A stretch of 63,255 nucleotides of DNA, filler included, from Stramenopiles sp. TOSAG23-2 (lineage: Eukaryota), in assembly GCA_900128395.1 (NCBI GenBank). It is 3 parts of 3 records of this genome, joined end to end, with 100 filler letters (N's around TTAATTAATTAA, not from the genome) between each part and the next. Parts side by side here need not be neighbours in the genome. Positions count along the whole stretch, not along the records: positions 30,868 to 61,537 come from LT649380.1; 2 more parts are not named here. One strand, given 5' to 3'. The position numbers were made by a program, and so were the translations under genes. The notes under the pieces are model-generated. The model was not told the DNA's origin. It saw nothing but the letters and a program-made list of their open reading frames with translations, and ran no database searches. Shown piece after piece: positions 31,633-42,731 of this stretch (its first letter is position 1; the number at the start of each line of letters is the position of its first letter).

Positions 31633-33909
31633 ATGAAAATAATAATATTAATATTATCAATACTAATAATAGTACTTATTAATATAACAACAACAACTAA
31701 TGCATTAACGCCAACATATCATGGTTGTGTAACAGAAAAAGCAAAGACATTTAAATATTGTGATACAAGTTTATCATATGAAGAACGTCTTGAAAGTTTG
31801 ATATCGGAATTAACGCTTGAAGAAAAAGTTAATTTAATTGCACCTGATTCTGCACTTGGTTCTACATGTAACGACCATACCCATGGTGTCGAACGTTTAG
31901 ATGTACCACCATATATGTGGTTAGTGGAAACAAATACTGCTGCTGCTTCAAAATGTTATGCAGAAAATGTTTGTGCAACAACATTTAATGGTCCAATAGG
32001 TTTAGGTGCTACATTCAATCGTACTGTTTGGTTTCAAAAAGGACAAGTTATTTCCACAGAAATACGAGCATTTAATAATAAGAATTGGCCTCGTGGTACT
32101 GGAGATAAAGATTTTATTGGTATAACTGGATACGGGCCGAATATTAATATTGCACGAGATCCAAGGTTTGGCAGAACCTCGGAATTACCTGGTGAAGATC
32201 CTTATTTATCCGGTCATTATGCAAAACATATGGTGCATGGAACAATGGAAACAGATAAAAATGGACATCCACGTATGTTAACATATTTGAAACATTTTAC
32301 TGCATATAGTACAGAAACAAATCGTGGACATGATACCTATAATATTTCCATGCATGATTTTTTCGATACATATTTAGCCCAATATAAAATAGCATTTACG
32401 GAAGGCAAACCAGTTGGTGCAATGTGTTCTTACAATGCGGAAAATGGACATCCTAGTTGTGCAAATGATTTCATATTAAATAAAGTTGTACGTGAAATGT
32501 GGAAGCAACCAGATGCACATATCACAACAGATTGTGGTGCGGTAAGCAACATGCTTGGGGCACCAGTACATGCGCCATCTAATTTATATGCAACGGCATG
32601 GACAATTGGTAATGGAACAGATTTGGAGATGGGAACCACATTATGGAATCAAACATTAGTTGAAGCTGTGAAAACAAATGTGGTTAGTGTTAAGACAGTC
32701 GAAGAAAGTATACGGCGTGGTTATATTCATCATTTTAGAGCAGGAAGATTTGATCCAATTGAATCTGTTGAATGGAGTAATATTGACATTGATGTTGTCA
32801 ATTCAACGGAACATCGTGCAATCCAATACGATGCTGGATTACAAGCTGTCGTATTATTGAAAAATGAGGAGAAATTATTGCCATTGGAAAAAGGTAAAAA
32901 AATTGCAGTAGTAGGACCAATGGGAATTACACATAGTGGTTTATTATCCGATTATGCAGGAGATCAACAATGTTACAATGATCCAAATAATAATTGCATT
33001 CCAACAATTGCACAAGCAATTGAGGAATATAACGTTGGAGGCACTACTATGAGTGCCAGTGGTGTAGATGTAAACAGTACATCCACGTCTGGTATTGCAG
33101 ATGCATTGAAGTTAGTAAATGATGCAGATATTGTCATTTTAGCACTAGGTATTGATAAGACAATTGAACATGAAGGTCATGATAGGCCATCGATTGGATT
33201 ACCAGGTCAACAAGAAAATTTTGCAAAACAAGTTCTTGCTACGAAGAAACCTGTTGTGTTAATTTTAAATAATGGTGGTCCATTGGCTATTGATGATTTA
33301 ATAGAACCATCAAAAACAATTGTTGAAGCATTTAATTTAGGTGGATTAGGTAGTAAACCATTGGCATCCTTAATATTTGGGGATGCAAATAAATGGGGGA
33401 AAATGCCATATACAACATATCCAAAAAATTATATCAATGAGCAAAGTATGACAAATTATGATATGGCAAAAGCTCCTGGTCGTACATACCGTTATTATAC
33501 TGGTACACCTTTGTTTAAATTTGGTCAAGGGGAAAGTTACACAACTTTTGATATGGAATGTAAACATGATGGTTTGACAAAAGATAATGGTGTAACTTTA
33601 AAATGTCATTTGAAAAATACGGGTGATATGGATGGTGATGAAGTGATTCAAGTATATCATACGGTTGGTGAAGAAATCCGTTCAAAAGCAAATCATCCAA
33701 TTGCTATTAAACAATTAGTAGAATTTGAAAGGGTTAGTGTTGCAAAAGGTGCAGATGTTGATGTTGAAATATCTTTAACAAACGATTCTTTTGAATTAGT
33801 GAATGAACATGGTATGAGTGTTATTTATCCTGGGGAACATACGATAATGTTGGAACGAGGTGTAGAAGGGGAAACGCCTGTCAAATTTACGTTTGAATTG
33901 TCAAGTTAA
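31633..33909 (+). CDS. Secreted glycoside hydrolase family 3 (beta-xylosidase/BXL-like)
   Basis: Signal peptide; LTLEEK, PNINIARDPRFGRTSELPGEDP, KHF, MCSYN, nucleophile region TTDCG, LLKN, EGHDR, GRTYRYY and a C-terminal Fn3-like domain. Confidence 0.95.
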   Translation: MKIIILILSILIIVLINITTTTNALTPTYHGCVTEKAKTFKYCDTSLSYEERLESLISELTLEEKVNLIAPDSALGSTCNDHTHGVERLDVPPYMWLVETNTAAASKCYAENVCATTFNGPIGLGATFNRTVWFQKGQVISTEIRAFNNKNWPRGTGDKDFIGITGYGPNINIARDPRFGRTSELPGEDPYLSGHYAKHMVHGTMETDKNGHPRMLTYLKHFTAYSTETNRGHDTYNISMHDFFDTYLAQYKIAFTEGKPVGAMCSYNAENGHPSCANDFILNKVVREMWKQPDAHITTDCGAVSNMLGAPVHAPSNLYATAWTIGNGTDLEMGTTLWNQTLVEAVKTNVVSVKTVEESIRRGYIHHFRAGRFDPIESVEWSNIDIDVVNSTEHRAIQYDAGLQAVVLLKNEEKLLPLEKGKKIAVVGPMGITHSGLLSDYAGDQQCYNDPNNNCIPTIAQAIEEYNVGGTTMSASGVDVNSTSTSGIADALKLVNDADIVILALGIDKTIEHEGHDRPSIGLPGQQENFAKQVLATKKPVVLILNNGGPLAIDDLIEPSKTIVEAFNLGGLGSKPLASLIFGDANKWGKMPYTTYPKNYINEQSMTNYDMAKAPGRTYRYYTGTPLFKFGQGESYTTFDMECKHDGLTKDNGVTLKCHLKNTGDMDGDEVIQVYHTVGEEIRSKANHPIAIKQLVEFERVSVAKGADVDVEISLTNDSFELVNEHGMSVIYPGEHTIMLERGVEGETPVKFTFELSS

Positions 33910-34749
33910 AAAATAATGTGTCGTGAATTAATAAAATATTTCATTATACGTATTTTATTTATTCAAAAATATATAGTACTAAAAAAGAAAAGGACGCGAA
34001 AACCCGTACTGTAGACTTTGAAACCCTATATATACCTGTATACTTTTATTATAACAATTTAAAGTTAAAGTTAAAATCCTTTTCCTGGCCTAATTTCTTT
34101 TAAGGTCTCGACGAAAAAATTGGAAAGAGTCTGACGACGCATACTAGTAGCATTTTAATTTAGTAATAGTCTGCGTCGTCAGACTTTCTTTCGGCATTAT
34201 TATTAATAATAGCATAGCATCAGCATCCTCAAATCACCACCAGCGAGGCGAACTTAAACAAAAGTACTGTATTAATTAATAGCTTGGGAAGTTTACATTT
34301 GTGTTTTAGTGCTATTGCATGCTAACCGATCTAACTTTCTTTCGGCATTATTATTAATAATAGCATAGCATCAGCATCCTCAAATCACCACCAGCAGAGG
34401 CGAACTTAAACTATATAATACAAAAGTACTGTATTAATACCTGGTAGTCGTCATAATATTCTAAATATAAATAGAAGAAATATTCTAATTATAGATAACT
34501 TCTTGTATATTTACATTTTCTGTTTATACAATTGAGAAAAAAGCAATTCGATATATAAGAATAGAACACATCAAACAACAACAATCCAATTTATGTGAAG
34601 ATATCAAATAGAAGAAATATTCTAATTATAGATAACTTCTTGTATATTTACATTTTCTGTTTATACAATTGAGAAAAAAGCAATTCGATATATAAGAATA
34701 GAACACATCAAACAACAACAATCCAATTTATGTGAAGATATCATACAAC

Positions 34750-35412
34750 ATGAGGAATAATAATCATTTGAAATTTCCTGTAAAGAAAAAAGTTAATAAA
34801 AGGAAACCAAATGTAGCAACTTTAAAGCGGTTGCAAATGAGAAGATGGAGTAAAGTTATAGAAAAAAGAGTGGAAGCAGAAAAAAATAAAATAAACAAGG
34901 ATAAAACTATAGAAACTTTCAATGTACAAATGAATCTAGAAAAATTGTTAGAAAATATAGTAGTAACAAATGCTCCACCACCACCACCACCAACTCCACC
35001 TCCTCCAACACCATTAGAGGCAAGAAAAAGCTTAAGAAGAAAAAGTCAAATGTATAATAATAATAAAATACAATCGTCAATAACAAATGATAATAATAAA
35101 GACAGGAAGAAAAGTATTGCAAGACGACGTAGCCTGAAAATAGATTCATCTATGATAACCAATAATAATCATAAAAAACTTTCATCACCTATCTCGCATT
35201 CTGCTTCAAAATCGAATCGGGTTAACATAGATAATAAGGTCATGTACCTTACCAAAAAGAAAATTTTGCAACCATCAGATTATGAGAAATTGCTTGAAGT
35301 GCTACAAACAATTCATCCAACTGCGATCATAAATCAAAAAGGTATAATTAATACAACCTTTATAAACTGGAGAAAAGTCCAACAGTATATACGAGAAGAG
35401 TACATACATTAG
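34750..35412 (+). CDS. Hypothetical basic protein with poly-proline tract
   Basis: About 220-aa ORF from the first ATG; PPPPPPTPPPPTP and RRKS/RRRS motifs; no family recognised. Confidence 0.55.
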   Translation: MRNNNHLKFPVKKKVNKRKPNVATLKRLQMRRWSKVIEKRVEAEKNKINKDKTIETFNVQMNLEKLLENIVVTNAPPPPPPTPPPPTPLEARKSLRRKSQMYNNNKIQSSITNDNNKDRKKSIARRRSLKIDSSMITNNNHKKLSSPISHSASKSNRVNIDNKVMYLTKKKILQPSDYEKLLEVLQTIHPTAIINQKGIINTTFINWRKVQQYIREEYIH

Positions 35413-35853
35413 TTAAAAACTTACGGTAAAACATACGTAATTATTTTTACAAAAGTCTTAATACAACCTTTATAAACTGGAGAAAAGTCCAACAGTATAT
35501 ACGAGAAGAGTACATACATTAGTTAAAAACTTACGGTAAAACATACGTAATTATTTTTACAAAAGTCTGCGTAGAATTTAGTCAAATAGCGATATACTGA
35601 TTAATATATATACACTCGTAGAAGATATTTTAAATAAAATTATAAAACAAGCGTATCATATGATATATGATAAGACACACACAGAAAATATCATATTTTA
35701 CCGCCTCGTATTATATCATGTACACAATTATGATACACTATTTATTTTTCATATAATCATATATGATATATGATATATATATATATATATATATATTATA
35801 TGATACTTCGTATTATATCATACGTCGTATGGTGTAAAATCTGTTCCAGCATT

Positions 35854-38800
35854 TTACTGTGTACTATGACGAATTCGTACCAACGGAATTTGAGCTTCAT
35901 CTTCATCACTATCATCATCATCATCGTCGCTTTCATCATCACTTTCAACGTCTACATCAATTGATAACAATAAATAGTTACCTTTCAAATCTTCTCCTGT
36001 AATATCTTTAACCAAGTTAGATAATAATACTCCATTTCTGCTTTCAATCAATTCATCATCTAAGAAATCGTTGTAAATAGTTATTGGGTTACTACCATGC
36101 GTAGATATCAAACTAAGACTAGTATTATCAGAGCCTTTTAAAAAATCATTTTCAAACCAATCTCGGAATTCTTCCAACGTCATATCATGGTCAATATCAA
36201 TAGTATCCCATGTTGTGTAAGTCTTCCCGTTGAACTCATATGCATCCGCTGGTGCAGGTTCAAATTGATAATAAGCATTGATTGCTAAATTGAAATTTGA
36301 ACTTTTATATAAATTTATTAACTCTTCCTTTTTATTACTATTATTATTAGAAACTTCATTGAGGTAGTTATCATGATTTAAATATTTATATATTTCTAAC
36401 ATTACTGCACCTGTTGTCAATGCTGTCGTAGTTGCTACTGCTGGAATAATACGTCCAACTATTTGAGCAGATCTCATTTTATCTGCCTCTGGTATGTGAT
36501 ATGAATTAGCACGTATGTTTGAAGTAGCAGTAATGAAATCCATATGGTAATTCGTATCATCATCTTTCTCAAATTCTTCTAATTGGTAATTATTGTATTG
36601 GTCGGCACCTTCAACATATTCAATCAATTCAAGGAATAAAGTCTCTACATTGTTGCTATCAAGTGCTTCCGCTTCTGCTCCGCCTAATTCTTTTGCTTCT
36701 TTTTCATTAGCTGCAATTTTTAAATTTTTATCTGCTGTAAACTCAGGCACGGTTACGTTATATGCAATATTCATAATAATATCTATCTCTGTTATATTAT
36801 TATTATCTTCATTGTTTGTTTTATTGATATGAAATATATTAGCACGTAAATTTGCTGCCGCGATTATAAACATTCGGTGATTAGCATTGCTCATATCAAA
36901 ATTAATTATCGTTGGACATTTCTTTTTCCCTGCCCAGAATGAAGTACCATCATTAGTAAGTTTATCAGCAGGATAATTGGATAACAGCTGGACAATGGTA
37001 TGATTAAAGTAGACATCAAATTGTATCCTGGCCCAAGCAATACAATCTTCAAACGATTTTGGTACATTACTACCAACCATATCTTTAACATAACGTAAAT
37101 ATTTTAATTTTGAATTTTTTTTGCTTTGTAATTTAGATATATACAAAGCCCTATCTTTCATGTATGTAAGCGATTGAAGTGGTTTTTCATAAAATTCAGT
37201 GAAAAATTTTTCTTTCGCCCATGCTAATGTATGTTCAATCATGTATGGAAATGATTTTAACGTACATACGGGTATGTCAACTTCTGGCTGGTCGTTTGGA
37301 CCATCACTATAACCTTCCGTTAATGATGGTATAATTGGTTGAACATTTGCTTTCGTCCCTAATGTGCCAGATTCAAACAATGGTTTCCGATAGAACGAAC
37401 AACGAGAATCAACATATTTGCGTGCTTCAACATTATCCAAAGCATTGACTACTATATCTATTTCTTCCCAAAACGTATCGTTAAACATATTCTCCGTTTC
37501 CGGTGCTACTTTTACGACATGAGGGATGGCATTGGTATTTTTATTTATATTTGATATAGACTTTACGGCAACTGTACTTTTCATTTGTCCAACATCATAA
37601 TCACGAAACAAAAATTGACGATTTAAATTAGAGACTTCAACTGTATCCATATCTGTTACATGAATTTTGCCGTTATTTCCATTGTTATTTTTACATCCTA
37701 TTCCTATCATTGCAAAGTTTTTCATGAATTCACAACCTAATGCACCCGATCCAACGAGAAAAATGGAACTATTTGCTAGTTTATTTTGAAAATCTTTTCC
37801 GAAAACTGCAATTTGACCATCATAACGCGAGCCTGTCGGTTTAACTTGTTCTTCTGTATAAACAACACCTTCCTCTTTGGACCATAAACGGGGTAACGAT
37901 GTGGAAGATTCAAAATGTAACCATTGATTTAATGGTACATATTTGCCACTACATGCTTTAACTACTTCTTGTCCAACAATACCACCAAAAAATGCTGCCA
38001 TAGGGGATAATTGGCCACTTGCACCTAATGCTAATGACATGTATAATTTTTCAGTCTTCTTCTTCTCCACTACGTCGTTGTCATCATTATTATTTATATT
38101 CTCATCGTATTTTTTAAATTCCTCCATTGCAAGAGTTGTTATTTTCCTCGCATCTTCAACATTACCAGGTATACTACAGCGGTTGTATTTTGTTTCAAAT
38201 ATTAATAGTGCTTTTAAAAAAGAATGTAATTTCATTGGTTTTGAAAAATCAATCAAATCTGTTTGTACAAATGATGGGAGTTGTTGTTGTGATGATGGTT
38301 GATCAGATTCTTCAATTGCATCGTTGAAGGATTGATGTTTAATTATCTCATGTTGTTTCACTTCATTCCAATATCCACCAGATGTATTTTTTACCCACGT
38401 CTCATTTGGTTCAATGTTGTAACTTGTAATATCAATTTTAAAGGATGTTTGTGATATTATTTTACGTTCCACTTCACCCGTATCAGCATTTTTCATTTCA
38501 TTTACAATTGGTATGATGGAAAAAATGTTTTTATCATCCTTTTGAGAATCGTGCTGTCGTTGTGGTAATCCATTTAAACATTTAATACCAGACAATGTGA
38601 TTTTATCTGATTCATTTAAACCATGTTTCACATCTGGATCTGTATCAATTTGTAAATATATTTTATCATCAACAACGTTGTCGTTGTTTTTCAAAAGTTG
38701 CAAACCACAAATAATCCCAGAACGTGGATTTTCACCAGTTGTATCTGATATTTTAAATTGCTCGCCGAAATCAGAAAATGCATACCCATATAAACCATAT

Positions 38801-39546
38801 GTACTTGTTGCTATAAAACATATATTATTTATATGGCAATAATTACTAACTCGTTTCAATTCTTCTAATGTGCCATCAACATAAACACAGACACTATATT
38901 GTCCAAGTCCATCTTTCGTACATGCTAGATTATCAAAAGAATAAATATCTACTGGTGTTAATGGGTTTAATTCCCGTAGTTTTTCAATACAGACATCTGT
39001 CCTTTTTTTACCAATATTATTTACACCAGTATTATCATTATTATTGTTATTGTTGTCATTATCATCTTGAGTCGTGTAAAAATTAGAAGCCAAATCTTGC
39101 GACGTAATTAATTTATTGTCATAAATAGTAAATGATTTTACACCAGCTAAAATGACATTTTTTGCTATTTCAATACCAAGTCCAGATAATCCACATAAAA
39201 GTACGTTGGAATTCATCATTTTTGCCATGGCAGCAATACCAAAAACATAAATTTGCCTGCTGTAACGTTGTAAACAAGATTTTGATATTGTATATTCAAC
39301 ATTATCTGTCCCTCTTAATATAACTAATTCAGCAACGTCAGTAGGTGCTTTTACACCTGATAATACACATGTACCATTTTCACATGTACGAACTGCAAAT
39401 GATGTTGGATTAGATGGTGTATCTTCAGTAGCATTTGGATCATTGTTGTTAAGAGCATTATTATTATTATTATTACTATTATTATTATTACGCTCTGTAT
39501 TAATTTTAGTTTCACTTAGAATTTCAACATTAACTAAAGCGCTCAT
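35854..39546 (-). CDS. UBA1: Ubiquitin-activating enzyme E1
   Basis: YSRQIY, GLSGLGIEIAKNVILAGVKS, SRYDGQIAVFG, VGSGALGCE, SNLNRQFLFR, ESGTLGTKAN, catalytic PVCTLKSFP, FEKDDDTNYH, GRIIPAVATTT. Confidence 0.97.
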   Translation of the reverse strand: MSALVNVEILSETKINTERNNNNSNNNNNNALNNNDPNATEDTPSNPTSFAVRTCENGTCVLSGVKAPTDVAELVILRGTDNVEYTISKSCLQRYSRQIYVFGIAAMAKMMNSNVLLCGLSGLGIEIAKNVILAGVKSFTIYDNKLITSQDLASNFYTTQDDNDNNNNNNDNTGVNNIGKKRTDVCIEKLRELNPLTPVDIYSFDNLACTKDGLGQYSVCVYVDGTLEELKRVSNYCHINNICFIATSTYGLYGYAFSDFGEQFKISDTTGENPRSGIICGLQLLKNNDNVVDDKIYLQIDTDPDVKHGLNESDKITLSGIKCLNGLPQRQHDSQKDDKNIFSIIPIVNEMKNADTGEVERKIISQTSFKIDITSYNIEPNETWVKNTSGGYWNEVKQHEIIKHQSFNDAIEESDQPSSQQQLPSFVQTDLIDFSKPMKLHSFLKALLIFETKYNRCSIPGNVEDARKITTLAMEEFKKYDENINNNDDNDVVEKKKTEKLYMSLALGASGQLSPMAAFFGGIVGQEVVKACSGKYVPLNQWLHFESSTSLPRLWSKEEGVVYTEEQVKPTGSRYDGQIAVFGKDFQNKLANSSIFLVGSGALGCEFMKNFAMIGIGCKNNNGNNGKIHVTDMDTVEVSNLNRQFLFRDYDVGQMKSTVAVKSISNINKNTNAIPHVVKVAPETENMFNDTFWEEIDIVVNALDNVEARKYVDSRCSFYRKPLFESGTLGTKANVQPIIPSLTEGYSDGPNDQPEVDIPVCTLKSFPYMIEHTLAWAKEKFFTEFYEKPLQSLTYMKDRALYISKLQSKKNSKLKYLRYVKDMVGSNVPKSFEDCIAWARIQFDVYFNHTIVQLLSNYPADKLTNDGTSFWAGKKKCPTIINFDMSNANHRMFIIAAANLRANIFHINKTNNEDNNNITEIDIIMNIAYNVTVPEFTADKNLKIAANEKEAKELGGAEAEALDSNNVETLFLELIEYVEGADQYNNYQLEEFEKDDDTNYHMDFITATSNIRANSYHIPEADKMRSAQIVGRIIPAVATTTALTTGAVMLEIYKYLNHDNYLNEVSNNNSNKKEELINLYKSSNFNLAINAYYQFEPAPADAYEFNGKTYTTWDTIDIDHDMTLEEFRDWFENDFLKGSDNTSLSLISTHGSNPITIYNDFLDDELIESRNGVLLSNLVKDITGEDLKGNYLLLSIDVDVESDDESDDDDDDSDEDEAQIPLVRIRHSTQ

Positions 39547-40073
39547 TATTCAAAATATTAGTAGTAATAAATGTTATTTTTTAAATAAAATGTAATAATA
39601 TTATTGATGTTATAAAAATAACTGGTTTCTATAGAGTTGAATTCGATAGTGTTTGATGTATGTATGTGAGTGTTGTTTCTTTGGGGGATAATGGAAGAGT
39701 ATATTGTAATTGTATGTCTTGTTGCGTATTATATAAAATATTGAGTTTTGTTTTGCACTGCTTTTGTTTGTATTTTTTTTTTGTTTATTATTTTTTTTTC
39801 TTTTTTTTTTTTGAGACGTGTTTTTTTTTGAATCAATACTAGTAATACCTATTAATTAATAATTTATTCCCATTTATTATTAGTTTTAGGAAACTGCTGC
39901 TATGTCCATGCCAAGTGAACCCTACAAAGAACACGAACGTAAACGGCCTCCATGTGATTCACGTATAGGCGAATGCCTTGGATAATGCACTATGTGTGCC
40001 CCTTTGTAAATCGGAAGGATTTTAAAAAATACATCTTTTGATGTCAAATTTAATTTTACTATTATTATTCACA

Positions 40074-40781
40074 TCAACTCTTGATTTCTTTTTCATTTGA
40101 TATAATGTTCCAGGTGTATCTTGTCGATTTGGCATTTGCGAATTCTACAAAACGCTTGAAACATGCACTATCTCCATCCTGGCTACTCCAGTCTAAAGTA
40201 ATCGTTGAAATTGTCATCAGTCTTTGTGTCAATGTAAACTCTCTATATGTTTCATGAGATACTACTTTATTTTTCTTCCAACCTTCTAGTAACTCCCTAA
40301 CATCCTTGTATGTTTGTATCTTCTTGCAACTTTCTATGGTTAACTTTTCCATATACTCTTTCACTGATAAATTATGGTTGTAAGCTGTTGCACTGATAAT
40401 GGCTAATGCTACAAGCAATATGGATTTCAAATTTTCCCTCCTTGCTGATGCTCCAATTCATCATGATTCTTGTTAGTTTGTTCTAAACATTTTCTTAACT
40501 CTGTTACAGACATGGTTTTTAATGACTCATAATTCATGCTGTAGCAGGGCCTAAAAAGCTGTAACACAGATAACTTTCCATGCCTCCATCTTCTCATCAG
40601 CTGATAAAATATGGGCCCTGATTTGGCACCTGATTTCTTCATCTTCACCATCTTCTTCTTTTTTGTGATGGTTGATGGTGTTCCAGGTGTTCTAGTTGTT
40701 TTTCTTTTCTTTTTTTGAGGTAATCCCCCTCTTAATACAACTTTATTACTTCTTCTTCCTTCCATTTTCCTTTTACTCATA
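40074..40781 (-). pseudogene. Two overlapping frame-shifted ORFs of unknown family; possible degraded gene or inserted element
   Basis: The upstream ORF ends at TGA 40427 while an ORF in the -1 frame continues to 40074. No CG dinucleotide between 40205 and 40847. Confidence 0.35.
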
Positions 40782-40844
40782 TAGGTGGATTTAAATATGC
40801 ACTTGTCAGGATAATGCCAGGACAGCAAAAAGAAAAAGAAAGGT

Positions 40845-40917
40845 TGTCGAACCTCGGACTCGAACCGAGAATCTTCCGATTAGGAGTCGGACGCGGTAAC
40901 CATTTCGCCAGACCGAC
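40845..40917 (-). tRNA. tRNA-Arg (anticodon CCT), 73 nt, intronless
   Basis: GTCGGTCTGGCGAAATGGTTACCGCGTCCGACTCCTAATCGGAAGATTCTCGGTTCGAGTCCGAGGTTCGACA folds as a cloverleaf with A box TGGCGAAATGG, B box GGTTCGAGTCC, anticodon stem TCCGA/TCGGA and one U-U acceptor mismatch. T-runs (Pol III terminator) follow downstream. Confidence 0.95.
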
Positions 40918-41233
40918 AAATCTGTAAATTTGTACAAAGCATACCATTAAAGTACACTTGACGTTTTATAGGGTTACATATTATAGTAAATGTTGATTTT
41001 TATGTATTTATACTAATATTCAATTTACTATGGAAATAGCATTAAACAGCAACATAGCATAGCTCGTTGAAGCCAAAAAAAGATATTATATAATATTGGA
41101 GGAAGATATACATACTGGCATACATGTTTACACCATCCACGTGGACCAAAAGATAGATAACCATTTTCATGACAATCACAATCCATCAAAACAAAAACAA
41201 AAGAGTGTGTGTAAAATTCATTTATATAAAAGA

Positions 41234-42103
41234 ATGGTTACCACTACAACTACCATTAAAACCATGTCGAAAACATGGTTAATGATATGTTGCATCATTA
41301 CCATGTCAACCATAATAAATACGGAAGCACAATTATCAAGTAATATTATTCAATTAAATTCTAAAAATTGGAAAGATTTAGAAAAATCCCCTCATACTTG
41401 GTTCGTCAATTTTTGTCGCCAAGGATGAGGTTATTGTCAAATGTTAAATCCAGAGTGGGAAAAACTCGCTGCAAAAACGAAAAATGTTGTAAAAGTTGCA
41501 TATTGGGATACTACTTCATCAGGTCCAACTCCTCGTATTGTTGGTCAAATTCAAGGAACACCCACAATTAAAATATTTACACCGGTAATGAAGAAGAATA
41601 AAAAAAATCGTAAAAAGGTAGTGTTGGACTATCAATATGAAAGAAAAGCAAAGCCATTGATTAATTTTGCTTATAGTAAGATGAATTCTTTTGTTGAAAT
41701 CATAACATCGCCACAGAAATTTGATAAGTACATTGAAAAAAGTGAAAAGTTTGGCTTACCCCAAGCATTATTATTTACCAAAGGTACATCAACAAAACCA
41801 TTGTTAAAATATATGTCTGCTGAATTTCGACGTAGATTATTAATTGGTGAAGTTAGGATGACGAAAACAAATAAAGAAATACTTGCGAAATATAATGTTG
41901 ATGCTAGTGCTGGTACAACTTTATTACTTGTAAAAAATGGTGAAGGGGAAGAAAATATAATTTATAATAAAGGAAAATTTACATTTAATAAAGTAAGAAA
42001 TTTCTTACAAAAACATGCATTAAAAGAAGCAGTCACAGGTCCTGTGAAAAAAGTGAAAAAAGAAACAACTGAAGAAAATACGGAAACAAAAAAAGAATTG
42101 TAA
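41234..42103 (+). CDS. ER protein-disulfide-isomerase-like selenoprotein, 289 aa, Sec at TGA 41426-41428 (UGYC)
   Basis: Track ORFs 41096-41428 and 41441-42103 are in the same frame. Read-through gives WFVNFCRQG-U-GYCQMLNPEWEKLA, the thioredoxin active-site helix, then cis-Pro motif IQGTPTIK. Signal peptide, C-terminal KKEL and a downstream SECIS-like hairpin. Confidence 0.9.
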
Positions 42104-42408
42104 AAAAAAAAGAAAATGAAAGAAAGTATTTATTATACATATATGTATATATATAAAGTATATATAGTATACATTTGCATATGCAGGTCTATAAAATTGT
42201 ATGTGGCGTTTAATAACATGATATATATATATATAGGAAAAGATATATTTAGAATATGTATATGGATTTAACATTTGACAATAATATAATTAATATAATT
42301 AAAAACATATGATAAATAATGAAAAATCATCTTTTTCAATCAATAAACGCATGCAACACACATACAGAAAATCAGTATATGGATTTGCATATATATTGTG
42401 CATACTTT

Positions 42409-42478
42409 TTCTTGTGAATGATATAATCTCCTGTTGAAATACAAATATAAAAATAACAGGAAATATTGAGAACAAGAA
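42409..42478 (+). promoter_or_regulatory. Putative eukaryotic SECIS element (3' UTR of the PDI-like selenoprotein)
   Basis: Helix I TTCTTGT/ACAAGAA. Core ATGAT (42418) with TGAG (42467). Helix II ATAATCTCCTGTTG/TAACAGGAAATAT. Unpaired AAA at 42437-42439. Confidence 0.8.
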
Positions 42479-42731
42479 TAATTAAAAAACTTTTAAAAAT
42501 ATAACAGACAAAATATATAATATGCTTTTTTTTATAAAAAATACCAAAATAATTTTATTGTTTTTTTGAAATTTTTTTATACAAATACACCTCTTCTTCT
42601 TCGTATACTCTCTGTGGTATAATCATCTTTCTAATAGAAGAAGACATAAAAATAAAAATATGCATATATGTAAAATAAGAAAGCAATATATATAAATTTC
42701 AAATACAATCAAAATAAAATATACATTCACA

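Noticed and set aside
40420-40445. Programmed -1 frameshift at GGGAAAATTTGA
   Set aside because: The heptamer is not in the X XXY YYZ phase of the upstream ORF.
40845-40917. tRNA next to the selenoprotein gene as tRNA-Sec or a suppressor
   Set aside because: Anticodon is CCT, length is 73 nt with a short variable loop: an ordinary tRNA-Arg.
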